In this document: positions 17,243-33,830 of the stretch, piece after piece
Layout: each line of letters starts with the position of its first letter
How positions within the stretch are numbered: the stretch's first letter is position 1
From: the human T2T-CHM13v2.0 reference genome, Homo sapiens
Assembly: GCF_009914755.1 (NCBI RefSeq)
Contig: NC_060947.1
Direction: 5' to 3' (one strand)
Length of the DNA: 64,000 bases
The notes under the pieces: generated by a model
Database searches by the model: none
What the model was told of the DNA's origin: nothing
The model's input: only the letters and a program-made list of their open reading frames with translations
Translations under genes and position numbers: made by a program

Positions 17243-17622
17243 GTCTTAGTCTGCTCAGGATGCCATAACAAAATACTATAGATTGGATGATTTAAACCAT
17301 GGGCATTTATTTCTCATGTTTCTGGAGGCTGAGGGTTCAAGATCAAGGTGCCAGATGATTCAATTCTTGGTGAGGGCCCTCTTCCTGGCTTGTAGACAGC
17401 TGCCTTCTCTCTGTGTCCTCGCAAGGCTGAGAGAGAGCAAGAGAGCTCTGCTTTCTTCCTCTTCTATAAGGGCACTAATCCCACCATAGGGGCTCCACCT
17501 TCATGCCCTCATGTAAACCTAATTACTTTCCAAAGGCCACACCTTCAAATACCAACACATTAGAGGTTGGGGCTTCAGCATAGGATTTTAGGGGAGGGGG
17601 AAACAAACATTCAGTCCATAAC
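17243..17622 (-). mobile_element. MaLR LTR (MLT1A-like)
   Basis: tgtcttagtc...ccataacaaaatac...ttcagtccataaca termini typical of MLT1. Confidence 0.8.
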
Positions 17623-17731
17623 ATGATTTTCCTCTTAATGGTGCTGGCTATTGGCTGTGTAATGGATATGGGTAGGTTTGGGTTGAAGACATAGGGCTAT
17701 AGTAGTTGTCCTAAGGTCTTGCTCATACCAT

Positions 17732-17733
<2 letters not shown>

Positions 17734-17769
<36 letters not shown>
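17734..17769. repeat. (CA)n microsatellite
   Basis: Seen directly. Confidence 0.97.
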
Positions 17770-17772
<3 letters not shown>

Positions 17773-18189
17773 CACACCCCAAGTGGAGTAGGACAGGCTT
17801 TGCTGGCTGAAAGAGTGTAACGTGTTCTGGAGCATTCTTGAGGCAGGAGGCTGGGGTTTTGTGACATTCTTGAGGTGGGAGGCTGGGTTTTTGAGGCACC
17901 TAGCCTCTACAGTCAGTAACTTTTGCTCCTGTATTGGATAGGCAATTAGTCAATCTGGGCCGGAATCAACTTTCCTGAGAAGTTGTCACATATGCAGAGA
18001 CGACCTGACTAGGAATTGTTTTGACACAGGAAAGCCCCAGAGCCATGTCAGAAAATCAGTCCTTAGGCTGTAGAGACAAACTAGGCCAGGGCAGTCAGGA
18101 CACAGTAGGAGTGTAGAGGTAAAGAAATTCTTCTTCTGAAAGGTGTTTGTGTAGCCAGGGTTCAGGAAAAGCCCTATCTTTTCTTTTTT

Positions 18190-18333
18190 TAAAAAATTTT
18201 ATTTTTTAAATTGTAAATAGACACAGGATCTCGCTGTGTTGCCCGGACTGGTCTTGAACTCCTGAGCTCAAGTGGTCCTCCCACCTCAGCCTCCCAAAGT
18301 GCTGGGATTACAGGCATGTCCCACCCTGCCTGG
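18190..18333 (-). mobile_element. Alu monomer (FLAM-like)
   Basis: Single antisense left-type arm. Confidence 0.8.
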
Positions 18334-18424
18334 TCTATCTTTTCTTGAGAAACTAATTCCACGAGAAAAGAGAAGTGGAGGATAAACTTTGAGCAGAAAC
18401 TAAATTTCTGTATGAATTCAAGAG

Positions 18425-18622
18425 TTGAGCTGTCCAATATGGTAATTACTTGCAACATGTGGCTAGGTTTTAATTAATTAAAATTAAGTTAAAAATTCAG
18501 TTCTTAGTAATACAAGCCAGGTTTTAAGTGCTTAATAGCTACAGGTGGCTGGTTGCTACCATATTAGGCATTGCAGATACAGAACATTTCCATATCACAG
18601 AAGGTTTTATTAGACAGCACTG
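18425..18622. mobile_element. MER3-like hAT DNA transposon
   Basis: Imperfect terminal inverted repeats gctgtccaata ... tattagacagc. Confidence 0.7.
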
Positions 18623-18683
18623 TTCTAGAAGGTTGTAGAGACTGGCATTTGAGAAAAGATATTTGTTTTAAACAGCTTTATTG

Positions 18684-19765
<1,082 letters not shown>

Positions 19766-20319
19766 AAACAGACATTTTGTCTAACAATACTCAAAGCCTT
19801 TCACCTGGGAAATTGTGCATTCTAGACTCTGAAGCATAAGTTCTTTCTTTTTAATTTTTTCAGATACATATTTCCTTGAGTTGGCACAGGCATAGCACAT
19901 TTGTCTAGCATAGGACAGATGAAAAACGCTCATATGATAGCCTGTTTGAGCTTGAGCATGTCACTTAGGAGGGTGACTGACCACCATATTCTGTCTCAGG
20001 CTAGTAAGTTGTACAAATTTCCTTCAACAGTAAAAATATTGACAGGGAATTGCATAGGCTGAAAAGTAGGTCTGAAACAGTTTTCCCCATGTTGTTCACC
20101 GCCCGGAGGTGGATGGGCTTCTAGGATCCTTGGCCTGGATTTTTGTTACCTAGGTGCTTTTGAGTTGGTCTATCAAGGTAGGGCTTATGGGAGCTGTTAG
20201 CATCACAACATAGAGATCTTAGTAGAGGGCCCTGTATTTCCACTGCCAGGTAATGATCAGTAGTCTTTCCTCTTCTGGAAATGGCTTCTCTGCACACACC
20301 ATTATGCAAACTTAGGGGC

Positions 20320-21195
20320 TATCTTTCATTCTTCCCTTTCTCTCACTCTCCACATCTAATCCATTGAGTCTTGTTCATGCCACCACAAAAATACATCCTA
20401 AATCTGACCGTTTTCTTTTCTTTTCTTCTCTCTCTCTCTTTTTAAACCATTTTAACTGCTTCCGCCATGGGCTGAGCCACCATCATTTTCTCTTGGCTGA
20501 CTTCAGTAGCCTCCTAATGTTCTCCCTGCTTTCACTCTTGCTCTGCTACAGTCTATTCTCCACACAGCAGCCAGAGTGATCCTTTAATATATCAAGTCAG
20601 ATCATACCACTCTTTTACTCAAAACTTGCCAATAAGTTCCTATCAAAATTAGAATATAATTCAAACTCTTTAATGAGACCTAAAAAGCACTACATGATCT
20701 GATCTCCCACTGCCTCTTGGGCTTCACTTACTACCATGCATCCTCTTTCTCCCTCTGCTCCAGACACACTGGCTTCCTAGTATTCCGTAAACACACCAAG
20801 CACAGTCCCACCAAAAGGCCTTTGCACGTACTGTTACCCATGTCTGGGTCACTCTTATTCCACATCTTTGTACCCTGGCTCTTTTTTCATCCCTTGGGAC
20901 TAAGCTAAAAATGACTCTTTCTCAGAGAGGCCTTTCTTAACTATCCTACATAATGTAGACATTTCCTTTCCCCTCATCTCTGCTTTTCCCATTACCTAAC
21001 TCATCAACCTGTCAATTTCTTTCAGAGTACTGTATGTAATTTGTGTTTTTTCCTTTACTTGTTTATTGACTGCATCTGTCCCTGGAATGTAAGCTGATGA
21101 GCTCAGGGACCTTGTGTGTTATGTCTCCTCTATTACTGCACTCTAACACTGACACATAGTCAATGCTCAGTGACCATCACTGTTGAGTAAATAAT
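20320..21195 (+). mobile_element. L2 fragment
   Basis: L2 motifs ccacacagcagccagagtgatcct, tcagatcat, gaatgtaagct. Confidence 0.7.
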
Positions 21196-21959
21196 TTTTT
21201 TTCAGGGAGCTTCTGGCTTTATGAGTAAGGACATCTATTTTTTTGGGTGAGACATGGGCCTTGAATCCAAGATTTGAAGGAAAAATCACATGACCTATGT
21301 GAGGATAATTCCTCTGTCTCCTATGCCAAGAACTCTTGGCAGGCCACAAATGGAGTCAGCAGCCTAGGTACTAGAGGAAGGGATGTGTTGGACAACTCTG
21401 TGGCTGGTGATTGGTGACAGAAATGAGGATCAGGGTTGGACGCTTCTATATCTGGTAGGCCTGGTTTATCTAAGGATTAGCCTGGTTACAAGACCAGTGG
21501 AAAGTGTGGGCAGTGGGTGGCAGATAGTGACTCTGATTCTCTGTGGTTGTGCACACTATGGCCATGGTGATGTGGGTAATGGAGCTCCCCAGTATCAGGT
21601 ACCTATTGATTATATCTACTCAGACAGTCATGGGGCTGCTAGACCAGGGCCTGGTCTACAAAGTTTTTCAGTGCTCCAGAACGTTGAATTCCAAGGATTT
21701 GTGATTCTAAGAGCCAGAAGACTCCCTCCTCAAGTGAGTATCTGCTCACCTGCCCTTTTATGAGTGGGTAGTGACACTTCCAAGATAAGGCAGACATGGA
21801 GTAGCCTTGGTAGAACGCTCACTCTCAGAGTGGCCAGATTCTTCAAAGTATAAACACAACTGATGCCTCTGGTGGGCCCTTTTCCTCAAATCTGCTCTGC
21901 AGCCTCACCTTGCTCTCATAGGTATTACCAGGTGATTAGCTGGGTTCTGAGCCCTACAC

Positions 21960-22427
21960 AGTGTTGAGTCAAGTTGTGTCTTCCCAGCATTCATATGTTG
22001 AAGTCCTAACCCTCAGTACCTCAGAATATGATCTTCTTTGGAAATAGAGTCATTGAAAATATAATTAGTTAAGATAAAGTCATACTGCAGTAGGGTGGGC
22101 CCCTAATCCAATATTATTGGTATCTTTATAAGAAGAAAAAGTGTGGACACACACATGCACACAGGGAGATCACCATCTAAAGATGAAGGCAGATATCGGG
22201 GTCATGTGCTTATAGGCCAAATAACACCAAATATTGCCAGAAAACCACCAGAAACTAGGAAAGAGGCATAGAACAGATTCTCTCTCACAGCTCTCAAAAG
22301 GAACCAACCCTGCTGACACCTTGACCTTGGACTTCTAGCCTCCAAAACTGTGAGATGATACATTTCTGTTGTTTAAACAACCCAGTATGTGGTATGTTGT
22401 TATGGCAGCCCTGGCAAACTAATGACA
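21960..22427 (+). mobile_element. MaLR LTR (MLT1B/C-like)
   Basis: tcatatgttgaagtcctaacc ... tatggcagccctggcaaactaatgaca. Confidence 0.8.
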
Positions 22428-22796
22428 CAGACACTGATGCTCTGGCAGGCTCACTGGGTTAGAATTAAAAAGAGGAAAGCAGGTTACCTCATGGAGAAGA
22501 GACAGTGACCAGATCATGCCCAGAGTACCTGACCATGGAAGAACCTCATTTGTCCTTTGCCCTGAACGTAGTGCAGGACAGTGGACCTGGAACCACAGTC
22601 CCCCAAACTTTGAAACACTTGAACATTTTAAGGAGAAACTTTGCCTTCTAAGAAAGGGTAGAAAAACCTGTATAGGATATGTCTGATGTTACTTAATGCT
22701 GTCATAAGCAGAAAACAAAGGGATTTTGCTGAAAAAAAAAAACAAACCATTCAGATTGTCTATCTCTTAGAGTTTTAAACCATTTACTCTCTGACT

Positions 22797-23152
<356 letters not shown>

Positions 23153-23399
23153 TGACAGGGACAGAGAATTCTCCCTTGATCTTTTGCTAAAAGTTCCCTA
23201 AAACAGAAGGCAGAGCACGAGTTCAGTATACAGTCCAGAACTTCTCATTCTATGCCAGATGCTTCATTCCTGATACCTTTGCACAAGGGACAGCACTCCA
23301 TCTGCCCACCCATTAGCCTCCAACTCAGTGCCCTAATACAGGATACAACTATTTATTCAGTAAACAGCTACAAAGGACCTACTCTGTGTCCATGAACTT

Positions 23400-24890
<1,491 letters not shown>

Positions 24891-26036
24891 TCCCAGTACA
24901 AATAAAATGGTGCTTGGCACTCCTAGGGTAGTAACAGCCATTTAAGTGAGATTTATGATGAGTTTTTCCTAACACGGAAAACACTTATGCTATGAGTGAG
25001 AAAAGCAGGGGACCCAATTTTCCTTACAATATGATCTCAGCCTCACAAAAACAAGCAAAGCCTGTGCACAGAAAAAAACTGAGGAAATATACCAAAATGT
25101 TAATGGTGATTATCTCTGAGTGGTGGGACTCTCTGGCTGGCTTTGTTTTCATCTTTTTACTTGCTAATACTTTTCAGTTTTTCTTTAAGAAAACATGTAC
25201 AGTATCACTTTTATAATGGAAAAAACACCTTAAAAACAGTAAGGAAGACAATAAATGTCATTTAAAATAAAAGGAAACAGTGGATAGAGGCGAAGAGACA
25301 CAGAGGAGCCAAATCAAGAGAGAACACGCTTCAGGGGAGCAATCATGCAATTTGGACTTGAAAATTGCCAGGGAACAGATGGCAGCATCTAAGCAGACAT
25401 CTGCAATGGATAGCGAAATCATATGCAAAGACACAAGTGGCCTTTGAAGCAGGCCCTTGAGAGGCGCGGCAGAGAACGCTACTTGCCTGGCCAAACATAA
25501 GGGCAAAGCCCCTCTCCACCTTGTCACAGTCTGGCCTCCTCAGAGCCCTGCTGGAGGCCCAGAGGCTGCGGTGGGGCTCAGCTCAGTTGGGCTTCCATGT
25601 GTGAGGGTGCAAAAGAGGCTGTGGAGGAAGGAAGAGGCTTCTGATAGTGACCCTGGCAAACATGGCAGCTGACATTTACATGGGGTTGCACAGTTTATAA
25701 ACATTCTCACACACATAACCTAAATGTTAGTTATGATTGCATCATCTTTTATCATGGCCCTATGAGGTAGGCAGTTATTATTTCCATCTTACTGTGGAAG
25801 AACGAGGCATGGAGAAGTGATATGAGCTATTTATTTAACTTTTATATAGTGTTCTCTATGTGCCAGACACTGTGCTGAGAGCTTTCACAGGCATCTGTTG
25901 CCTATGTTCACACAGCTAGTAAGAGACAGAACTGGGACTCAAATTTGGCTTTTTAGACTTCACTATACCACATTTCTGCTTATGTCTAAGCAGAATTTAC
26001 CTATATCTTCAGAATCTTAAGTAAGGCCACAGTGAT

Positions 26037-26037
<1 letters not shown>

Positions 26038-26082
<45 letters not shown>

Positions 26083-26175
26083 ATCTATCTATTATCTATT
26101 ATTTATCTGTCTACCTATCCATTCATCCATACATCTCTCCATCCATTCATCTATCTATCCATCCACCCATCCATC
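26038..26175. repeat. (TATC)n / (CATC)n tetranucleotide repeat
   Basis: Seen directly. Confidence 0.95.
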
Positions 26176-26962
26176 TTTATTTTTCTGATTATAGGTGTAA
26201 TACATGATTGTTTAAAACATGCAAATATGCTGAAATAAGTAACATAGGAAGTAAAACATTTCCCTAATCTCACACCTAAAGATAATCATTCTTAACTGTT
26301 TAATATGTGCTCTTCCACACTTTTTTCTGTGGGCATACTACCTGCATATTTTTCTTTTAGTTTTTAATAGGATAATACTGCACCTGCACTTAATATAACT
26401 CCTATTTCACACAATAGTAAGCCTTGAAAAACTCTCCATGACTATAGAGGCCTATCTTGTTTGTTTCCCTATTCCATTGTATAGAGGTAGCAATTTTCCT
26501 AAATAGTCACTTATTGATAGACATACAGGTTCGTCAATTGTTCTTGATTATAAACAATGTGGCAATAAATATCATTGTACTCTCATCTTTGTCTATCTGT
26601 ATATTTGTCTAAAATGAATTGATAGAAATGAAATTGCTGGGTCAAAGGATACACACAATTATATACAATTAAGATTGCCATAGATAATGGCAAATTGCCC
26701 TTCAGAAAAATAATACTTAATTGGCACTCCCACTAGCAGCGTGTAAGAGTGACTCATTTCCCCACAGGCTTGCCAAAGCTGGATATTCTGTCTTCTAAAA
26801 TTCTATCAACCAAGTAGGCAAAAATGGTGTCTCCTTATTGTTTTAATTTGTGCTTAGAAATAGTAAGGTGGCATCTTTCTATAGTATTGGCCTTTATATT
26901 TCTGCTTTTGTAAATTGCTTTTTCCCATCTTTTGGCAACTGGTTTTAAATTAGTATACTGCA

Positions 26963-27270
<308 letters not shown>

Positions 27271-29108
27271 TAAATTAGTATACTGCAGAGAGGAGAGGCC
27301 CTTGTAGACCATATGAGATTATGATACATTCTCTTTTAAGGTGCAACTAGGCCCTGGAGATTTATGCTCACCGTAAAACCAGTTCTTAAATGTATCTGAC
27401 ATCATTTCAGAGGGCTGAACAGAAAGGCAGTTAACCAACAATAATTGAGACTTGGGTTTCATATCACTTATTGTCTTGTGGGATTAACTCTTGATTTATT
27501 AGCCACACAAAAGATGATAAAGTAATATAATCACAGAAGCCAGGGACAGAAGTAAGCATTTTCTCATTCATCAATGGATAGTTCAGAAATAACTCCCCGG
27601 CAGGTGGATAGTATGAGTTCCTGCACATGGGAGTGTGTGATGCAGGTGGAATGTATATGAGTGTGTGTGGGGGGCAGGCATATACATGTTATTGTTTGCT
27701 TTTGGAAAATGTCCACTAGAGGAATGGAGGGAGAGAATACTATATGGTCAGAGAATATCTGGAAGCTTTCATTTGGCGGCATCTCCCAGAAGCAGGGAAG
27801 TATTTACTTCCTGCTAGCCTCTGTAGTGTTCTGTTATGGCTGTCACTGTTTTAGAGTGGTGGTCCCAACGTTACAACTGTAATTCAGGGAGTGGTTACAG
27901 TTCCAATTCTGCCACAGAGCTCTTTATCTTCTGGCTTAGGCTGTACTGGCACTGGAATTAGGTTGATAATTAGGTAATCCTCAGATATTTACCTAGTAGA
28001 CTGGGGGTGTAAGATTTGTAGTGGTGATAGTATCATCACTCATCTGCAGCTTCTTGTGAAACAAAGGGCATATCCAATGTAAAGTTTCAAAGATACTGCC
28101 GAACTACTTACCAAAAGACCGCACCCAATGGACATGTCCTTCAGCAATGTTTAACAAGGTTTTGCATACATCATCTCACTTAATCTTCAAATAATCTTGT
28201 AAAGTCATCAGGGAGAGGCTATTATCTGGCATAGACTATAATGTGAATGGTGGCCCTTAAAGTTGAACGGGCATACAATGCTGTGGCCCCAAATCTCCAT
28301 TTTACTGAAGCAAACATTGAGGTATCAGGAGGGTAAGTTACTTGCTCAAAGTTCCACAGCTGATGAGTGTCAGGGCATGGATTTCAACCCAGGCTGTCTG
28401 ACTCCAGAGCCAATGGTAACTGGGGTCTATGGCCATCTTGAAACCACTGCAGTGCCCTTGGTGAGGAGACAGAAGGAGGCCATCAGGATGCACCCAGGGC
28501 AGTGCCATGTCTTCCATTCCTGAGTACAAACAAGTCCCAGAGTTTCAGTATCGCCCAGCTGGTCATTCTTCAGGCCTCTGTCAGTGCCTTTCAGTGAGAA
28601 GCAGTCCCCAGAGACAGAATAAATCAGATCATTTGGCTCAGGAAAAGGCATTGGAGAAACAAATTGCTGTTGCACCATGAATGTAATAAGGCAGTTAGGT
28701 GGGCGGAAATAGTTCTCTTTTGATTATATGAGTGAGGATTATGTGTAGCAAATTTGAATTCCAAGCTGCCTTTTCCTTGGCCTCTTCCCTACCCTTTCAC
28801 TAGCCATACACTTCTAACTGCCTCTCCAAGCTGTCCAGCTGGTATGTGCTCTGGGAACACTAATCTAACTTTTCATATTAGTCCAGGCAAAATATAATTA
28901 GGAAGAAACTCTTCTGCCAAAACAAAAATCACATGCTAATGTCAAATAGAGATGATTTTTTACATCTACTATTTTTGTTTATTTGCACCAGTATTGACTC
29001 ATAATTATATTGTATAACCCAGATTTGACTGTATTGCCAAATACAATAAAACAATTTTTAACAGAAATTTCATTTGTTTTCTCTTTCCCCTCCCCCAAAT
29101 TTGGACAG

Positions 29109-29723
29109 ATACACTTTCACTAAAAGGAAAAAAGCTGGATTTTTTTGGAAGAGGTGACACATATGTAAGCCTGATAGATACCATTCCTGAACTCAGCCGA
29201 TTCACAGCATGCATTGATCTGGTATTCATGGATGACAACTCAAGGTATTGGATGGCCTTCTCTTATATTACTAATAACGCCCTCCTGGGCAGAGAAGACA
29301 TAGACCTTGGACTTGCAGGAGACCATCAGCAGCTAATACTATACAGATTGGGAAAGACCTTTTCTATCCGTCACCACCTGGCTTCATTTCAATGGCATAC
29401 AATATGCTTGATATGGGATGGTGTGAAGGGCAAATTAGAACTCTTCCTGAATAAAGAAAGGATACTGGAAGTAACGGATCAACCACACAACCTGACACCT
29501 CATGGGACTCTGTTCCTAGGGCACTTTCTCAAGAATGAGAGCAGCGAGGTTAAAAGCATGATGCGTAGCTTTCCTGGCAGCTTGTACTACTTTCAACTCT
29601 GGGACCACATCCTGGAAAACGAAGAGTTTATGAAGTGTTTAGATGGAAATATAGTTAGTTGGGAAGAAGACGTCTGGCTTGTCAACAAGATCATCCCAAC
29701 TGTTGACAGGACACTGCGCTGCT
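29109..29723 (+). CDS. ADGRG4: ADGRG4 pentraxin-domain exon (615 nt)
   Basis: Acceptor ggacag|, donor gct|gtgagt; encodes LSRFTACIDL...QWHTICLIWDG...GSLYYFQLWD...GNIVSW with the pentraxin HxCxxW signature; phase 1-1. Confidence 0.96.
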
Positions 29724-29849
29724 GTGAGTAACTTAACAACTTTTTTCCTTAGCAAGGGTAGTGTTGACACAGTACTTCTCTGCTAGCAGTGGCCCCAGGT
29801 TGCTAGTTTTGTCATCACTTTTTAATGAGGAGCACATACTGTTTTCTTT

Positions 29850-29907
29850 TATCTTTATTTTGATATGATTTCAAACTTATAGAAAGATTGGAAGAATAGG
29901 ATAGAAG

Positions 29908-29947
<40 letters not shown>

Positions 29948-31215
29948 ACTTATTTGTTTCTAAGTCATTTGAGAGTAAGTTGCAGGCATAATTCTTTGCT
30001 ACCCCTAAATATCTCAGTGTGTATTTCCTAAGAATGAGGAATTCTCTTAACCAGGCTATAATGATCAAAATCAGAAAAGTTGATGTTGATACAATACTAA
30101 CATCTAATTCACATTTCACATTCATATTTAGCCAATTATCCTAGTAATTTCCCTTATAACTATTTTTTGCTTGGCCCAGGATCCAACTCAGGATCACACA
30201 TTACATTTAGTTGTCATGTCTCTTTAGACTAATTTGGAATAGATTCTCAGCCTTTCTTTGTCTTTCATGACCTAGACATTTTTAGCATACAGTCCAGTTA
30301 CTTTGTCTCTCAATTTATGTTTGTCTAATATTTCCTCATAATTAGATTCAGGCTATGAATTTTTGGTAAGAATACCACAGAAATGATGTTATATTCTTCT
30401 CAGTTCATCACATCAGTAGACACACGGTGACAATTTGTCTCATTATTCATAATAACTTTGATCACTTGATTTTGGTGATGTCTGTCAGATTTCTCCACCA
30501 TAAAGTTATTATTTTTTCCTTTGTAATTGTTGAGTAATTTCTGGGGAGATATTTGGAGGTTATGTAACTATCCCCTTCTTACCATACTTTCACCCAATAG
30601 GTTTTACATCTATTCATGATTCTTGCCTGATTCACTAATCACTATGATGTTTGCAAAATAATGATGTTTAAAATTCCATTTTTTTACATTTATTAGTTGG
30701 CATTCTATTGTAAGAAAGAGCTTTTTCTTCTTCCATATTTATGTGTTTATTTATTTAAGACACAGGGTCTCACTCTAGCCAAGGCTAGAGTGAAGTGGCA
30801 TGATCATAGCTCACTGTAACCTCTAACTTCTGGGTGGGCTCAAGTGGTTTTCCTGCCTCATCCTCCCAAAGTGCTGGGATAACAGGTGTAAGCCACCACA
30901 CCCAACCTTATTTATGTGTTTATTTATTTGAACATGAACTCATGGATTCTCATTTTATTCAATGGGTTACAATCTGCTACTATCATTTATTTTGATGTTC
31001 AAATTGGCCCAGGGTTGGTCAGTGAGAGTTTTTCAATCTGGCTCTTGTGTCCTTTTGACAAGTTCCCCATCATTCTTTGAGCATTTTCTTACTCTCTGGC
31101 ACAACAAGATGTTCCAGGCTCTTCTTGTACGTTTTCTGCTCAGCCCAAGGAGCAGTCATTTTACTAAGGCGTCCCTCTTCCTTTTAGTGGGGAATGATAT
31201 TTATAAACCAATTCA
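29850..31215 (-). mobile_element. L1MC-type 3' region containing a (CA)n (29908-29946) and an Alu fragment (~30745-30907)
   Basis: Antisense L1M 3' UTR motifs (gagagtaagttgcag, catttagttgtcatgtctcttt). Confidence 0.7.
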
Positions 31216-31976
31216 TTTTTTCTTCTGAGAGCAATTATGATATGGGAGAACTCTTTGGAATGGAGTTCTTGTAAGGAACCTGGCTTCTTGGAATTACACC
31301 TGTATTTGTCTCCTCTCGAGTTTGGGGAAGGAAAGATGAGATTGCTTTTCTCTGCATAATCCCACTCTGCTCTCAAATCCAGTCCTCTCCACTATCAGCA
31401 GCAGCAGTCTTTAGCACAGGTAGTCAGTGATAATAGCATCAAGACAAGATTTTTTTGCATTTCCCAAAACTTTCACTTATTCTTGAAGGAGTATTATTGA
31501 CTGTTGTTATGGGTTTTTTCCTTCCAGGAGGAAGCTGTTAGGAAAGGAATAGGGGCTAGATCCATGCCTAAAAGGGCTCTCTCAGACTAAGGGGATATGT
31601 TTTCACCAACAGTCTGGATGCTGTTTGAGTTAACTGCAGAGGAACATTCCAGGGGATTTCTGTTTCTTTGAGATTAGACCAATGCAAAGGAGCAGGAAAG
31701 CTATTCCTTTGTGCTACCACCCAAAGATATTTGTTTTTTCTCTTTTCTGGGGCCTTAAAAACAAAAGAGAATATTCCTAGCTGGCTCTGATTACAAAACT
31801 GAGCTACAGACTAGTAGGTTAAGCCTGAACAGCTCACCCAAAGCAGTTTAAAGTAACTTTATCTTTGATCTAAGGAACCGGAAGTATGGCCTTATATCCA
31901 TGTGCTCAGCAGTGGTGTTTTAAAACCACATCTGGCCAGCGAATGGCCATGAGTTTTCCTACCACTTTGTGGGTAG

Positions 31977-32401
<425 letters not shown>

Positions 32402-33616
32402 TAATGCACAATCTAACGTAACAAACAAGGAAATTATCACCTCAAACAAACAAAAAAAGGTAGTAAATGTTCTCTCTACTATTCAGATCTCTTCAAGTGT
32501 TCTTTCCAAACCTTGGACCAAGAGTTCCTAATCTAGGGGCCAGAATGGCCTTGAAGGAGTTGACAAAGCCCCCGAAATCACAACACCCTAAAAATACAGG
32601 GCAGATTTTTTTTCAGAGGGTGCAGTCTATAGTTTCCATCACATGCTAACATATTATGGTAATTGGTGCCTTTTACTAAGTTCTTACCGTGTGCCAGGCA
32701 TTTTATACAAAAGGAAATAGGGGCTCAGAGAGGTTGAGTAAATTGCCTAATGTCACCAATCAAATAAGTAGTGTAGCTGGGGTTTGAACAGATTGGTCTG
32801 GTTGCAAAACACATGTTCTTTTCACCTCCCACCGTACAGGACTATCTCAAGTGAGTCTGTGGCCCCCAAAATGTTATGCTATGTTACTATGTCTTAGAAG
32901 CTTCCTTTGGAGGTAATGGCTGGTTTGATAATTCACCTGGGGAAATTAGGCTACTAGCTGTAGTCATTGCCTGCCTCACCACTGAAGGATCTGTAAAATA
33001 CCATAGAATTTCACCTATTTCGATTTTGGCTGTATGGTATCTGGGACAAAGGGGGCAATATATGAATAAATATGAGTGATTACAACATGTCTAGCTTCAG
33101 CTTTTGCCTAATAAATTGATATTTATGGTCCATAGAAGGATTATGACCTTTAAAAAATAAATTTTAATGAGTACATTGCTAGGTTACAAATCTCAATAAA
33201 TCTATTTACACATAAATTATATATATATTTATATATTCATGAGAACAAGGCTTTTGGGGAACACTGCCTGAAAAACATGAACCCTACCTGGGTTTAATAA
33301 ACAAGTATTCACTATAGTTGGAAATGTCTTGGAATATTAAACAACATGGTGACAAATAATAACAGTGAAATTTCTAGTCATTAGAAATTTAGTTTTCAAG
33401 TAGTTTTAAGCATCTTCTACTTATTTTTAAAAATTACAAATGTAATACATGTGTTTGTGAATAAAATATATTTAAACAATACAAAATCATATGAAATATC
33501 AAGTAAAACCTACCCTTCACTATCCTCTTCACAGAGGTGTCTGTTAAAAAATTTTTTCCATGGGTTTGTAATAAGTGTGTGCATGTATGTGCATGAGTGT
33601 GTACAGTTTTTAAAAA

Positions 33617-33795
33617 GGGATGGCACTGGGAGATATACCTAGTGTTAGATGACGGGTTGATGGGTGTAGCACACCAACATGGCCCATGTATGCATGTGTA
33701 ACAGACCTGCAAGTTGTGCACATGTACCCTGGAACTTAAAGTATAATAAAATAACATAAAATAAAATAAAATAAAAAGGACAGAGTGGGAAATAA

Positions 33796-33829
<34 letters not shown>

Positions 33830-33830
33830 T
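33617..33830 (+). mobile_element. Short L1PA 3' end with (TAAAA)n/(TAA)n tail
   Basis: gggagatatacctagtg...catgtaccctggaacttaaagtataataaa. Confidence 0.85.

Noticed and set aside
25300-25670. Slightly GC-richer intronic stretch with short ORFs
   Set aside because: No convincing splice pair or homology; an enhancer role cannot be supported from sequence alone
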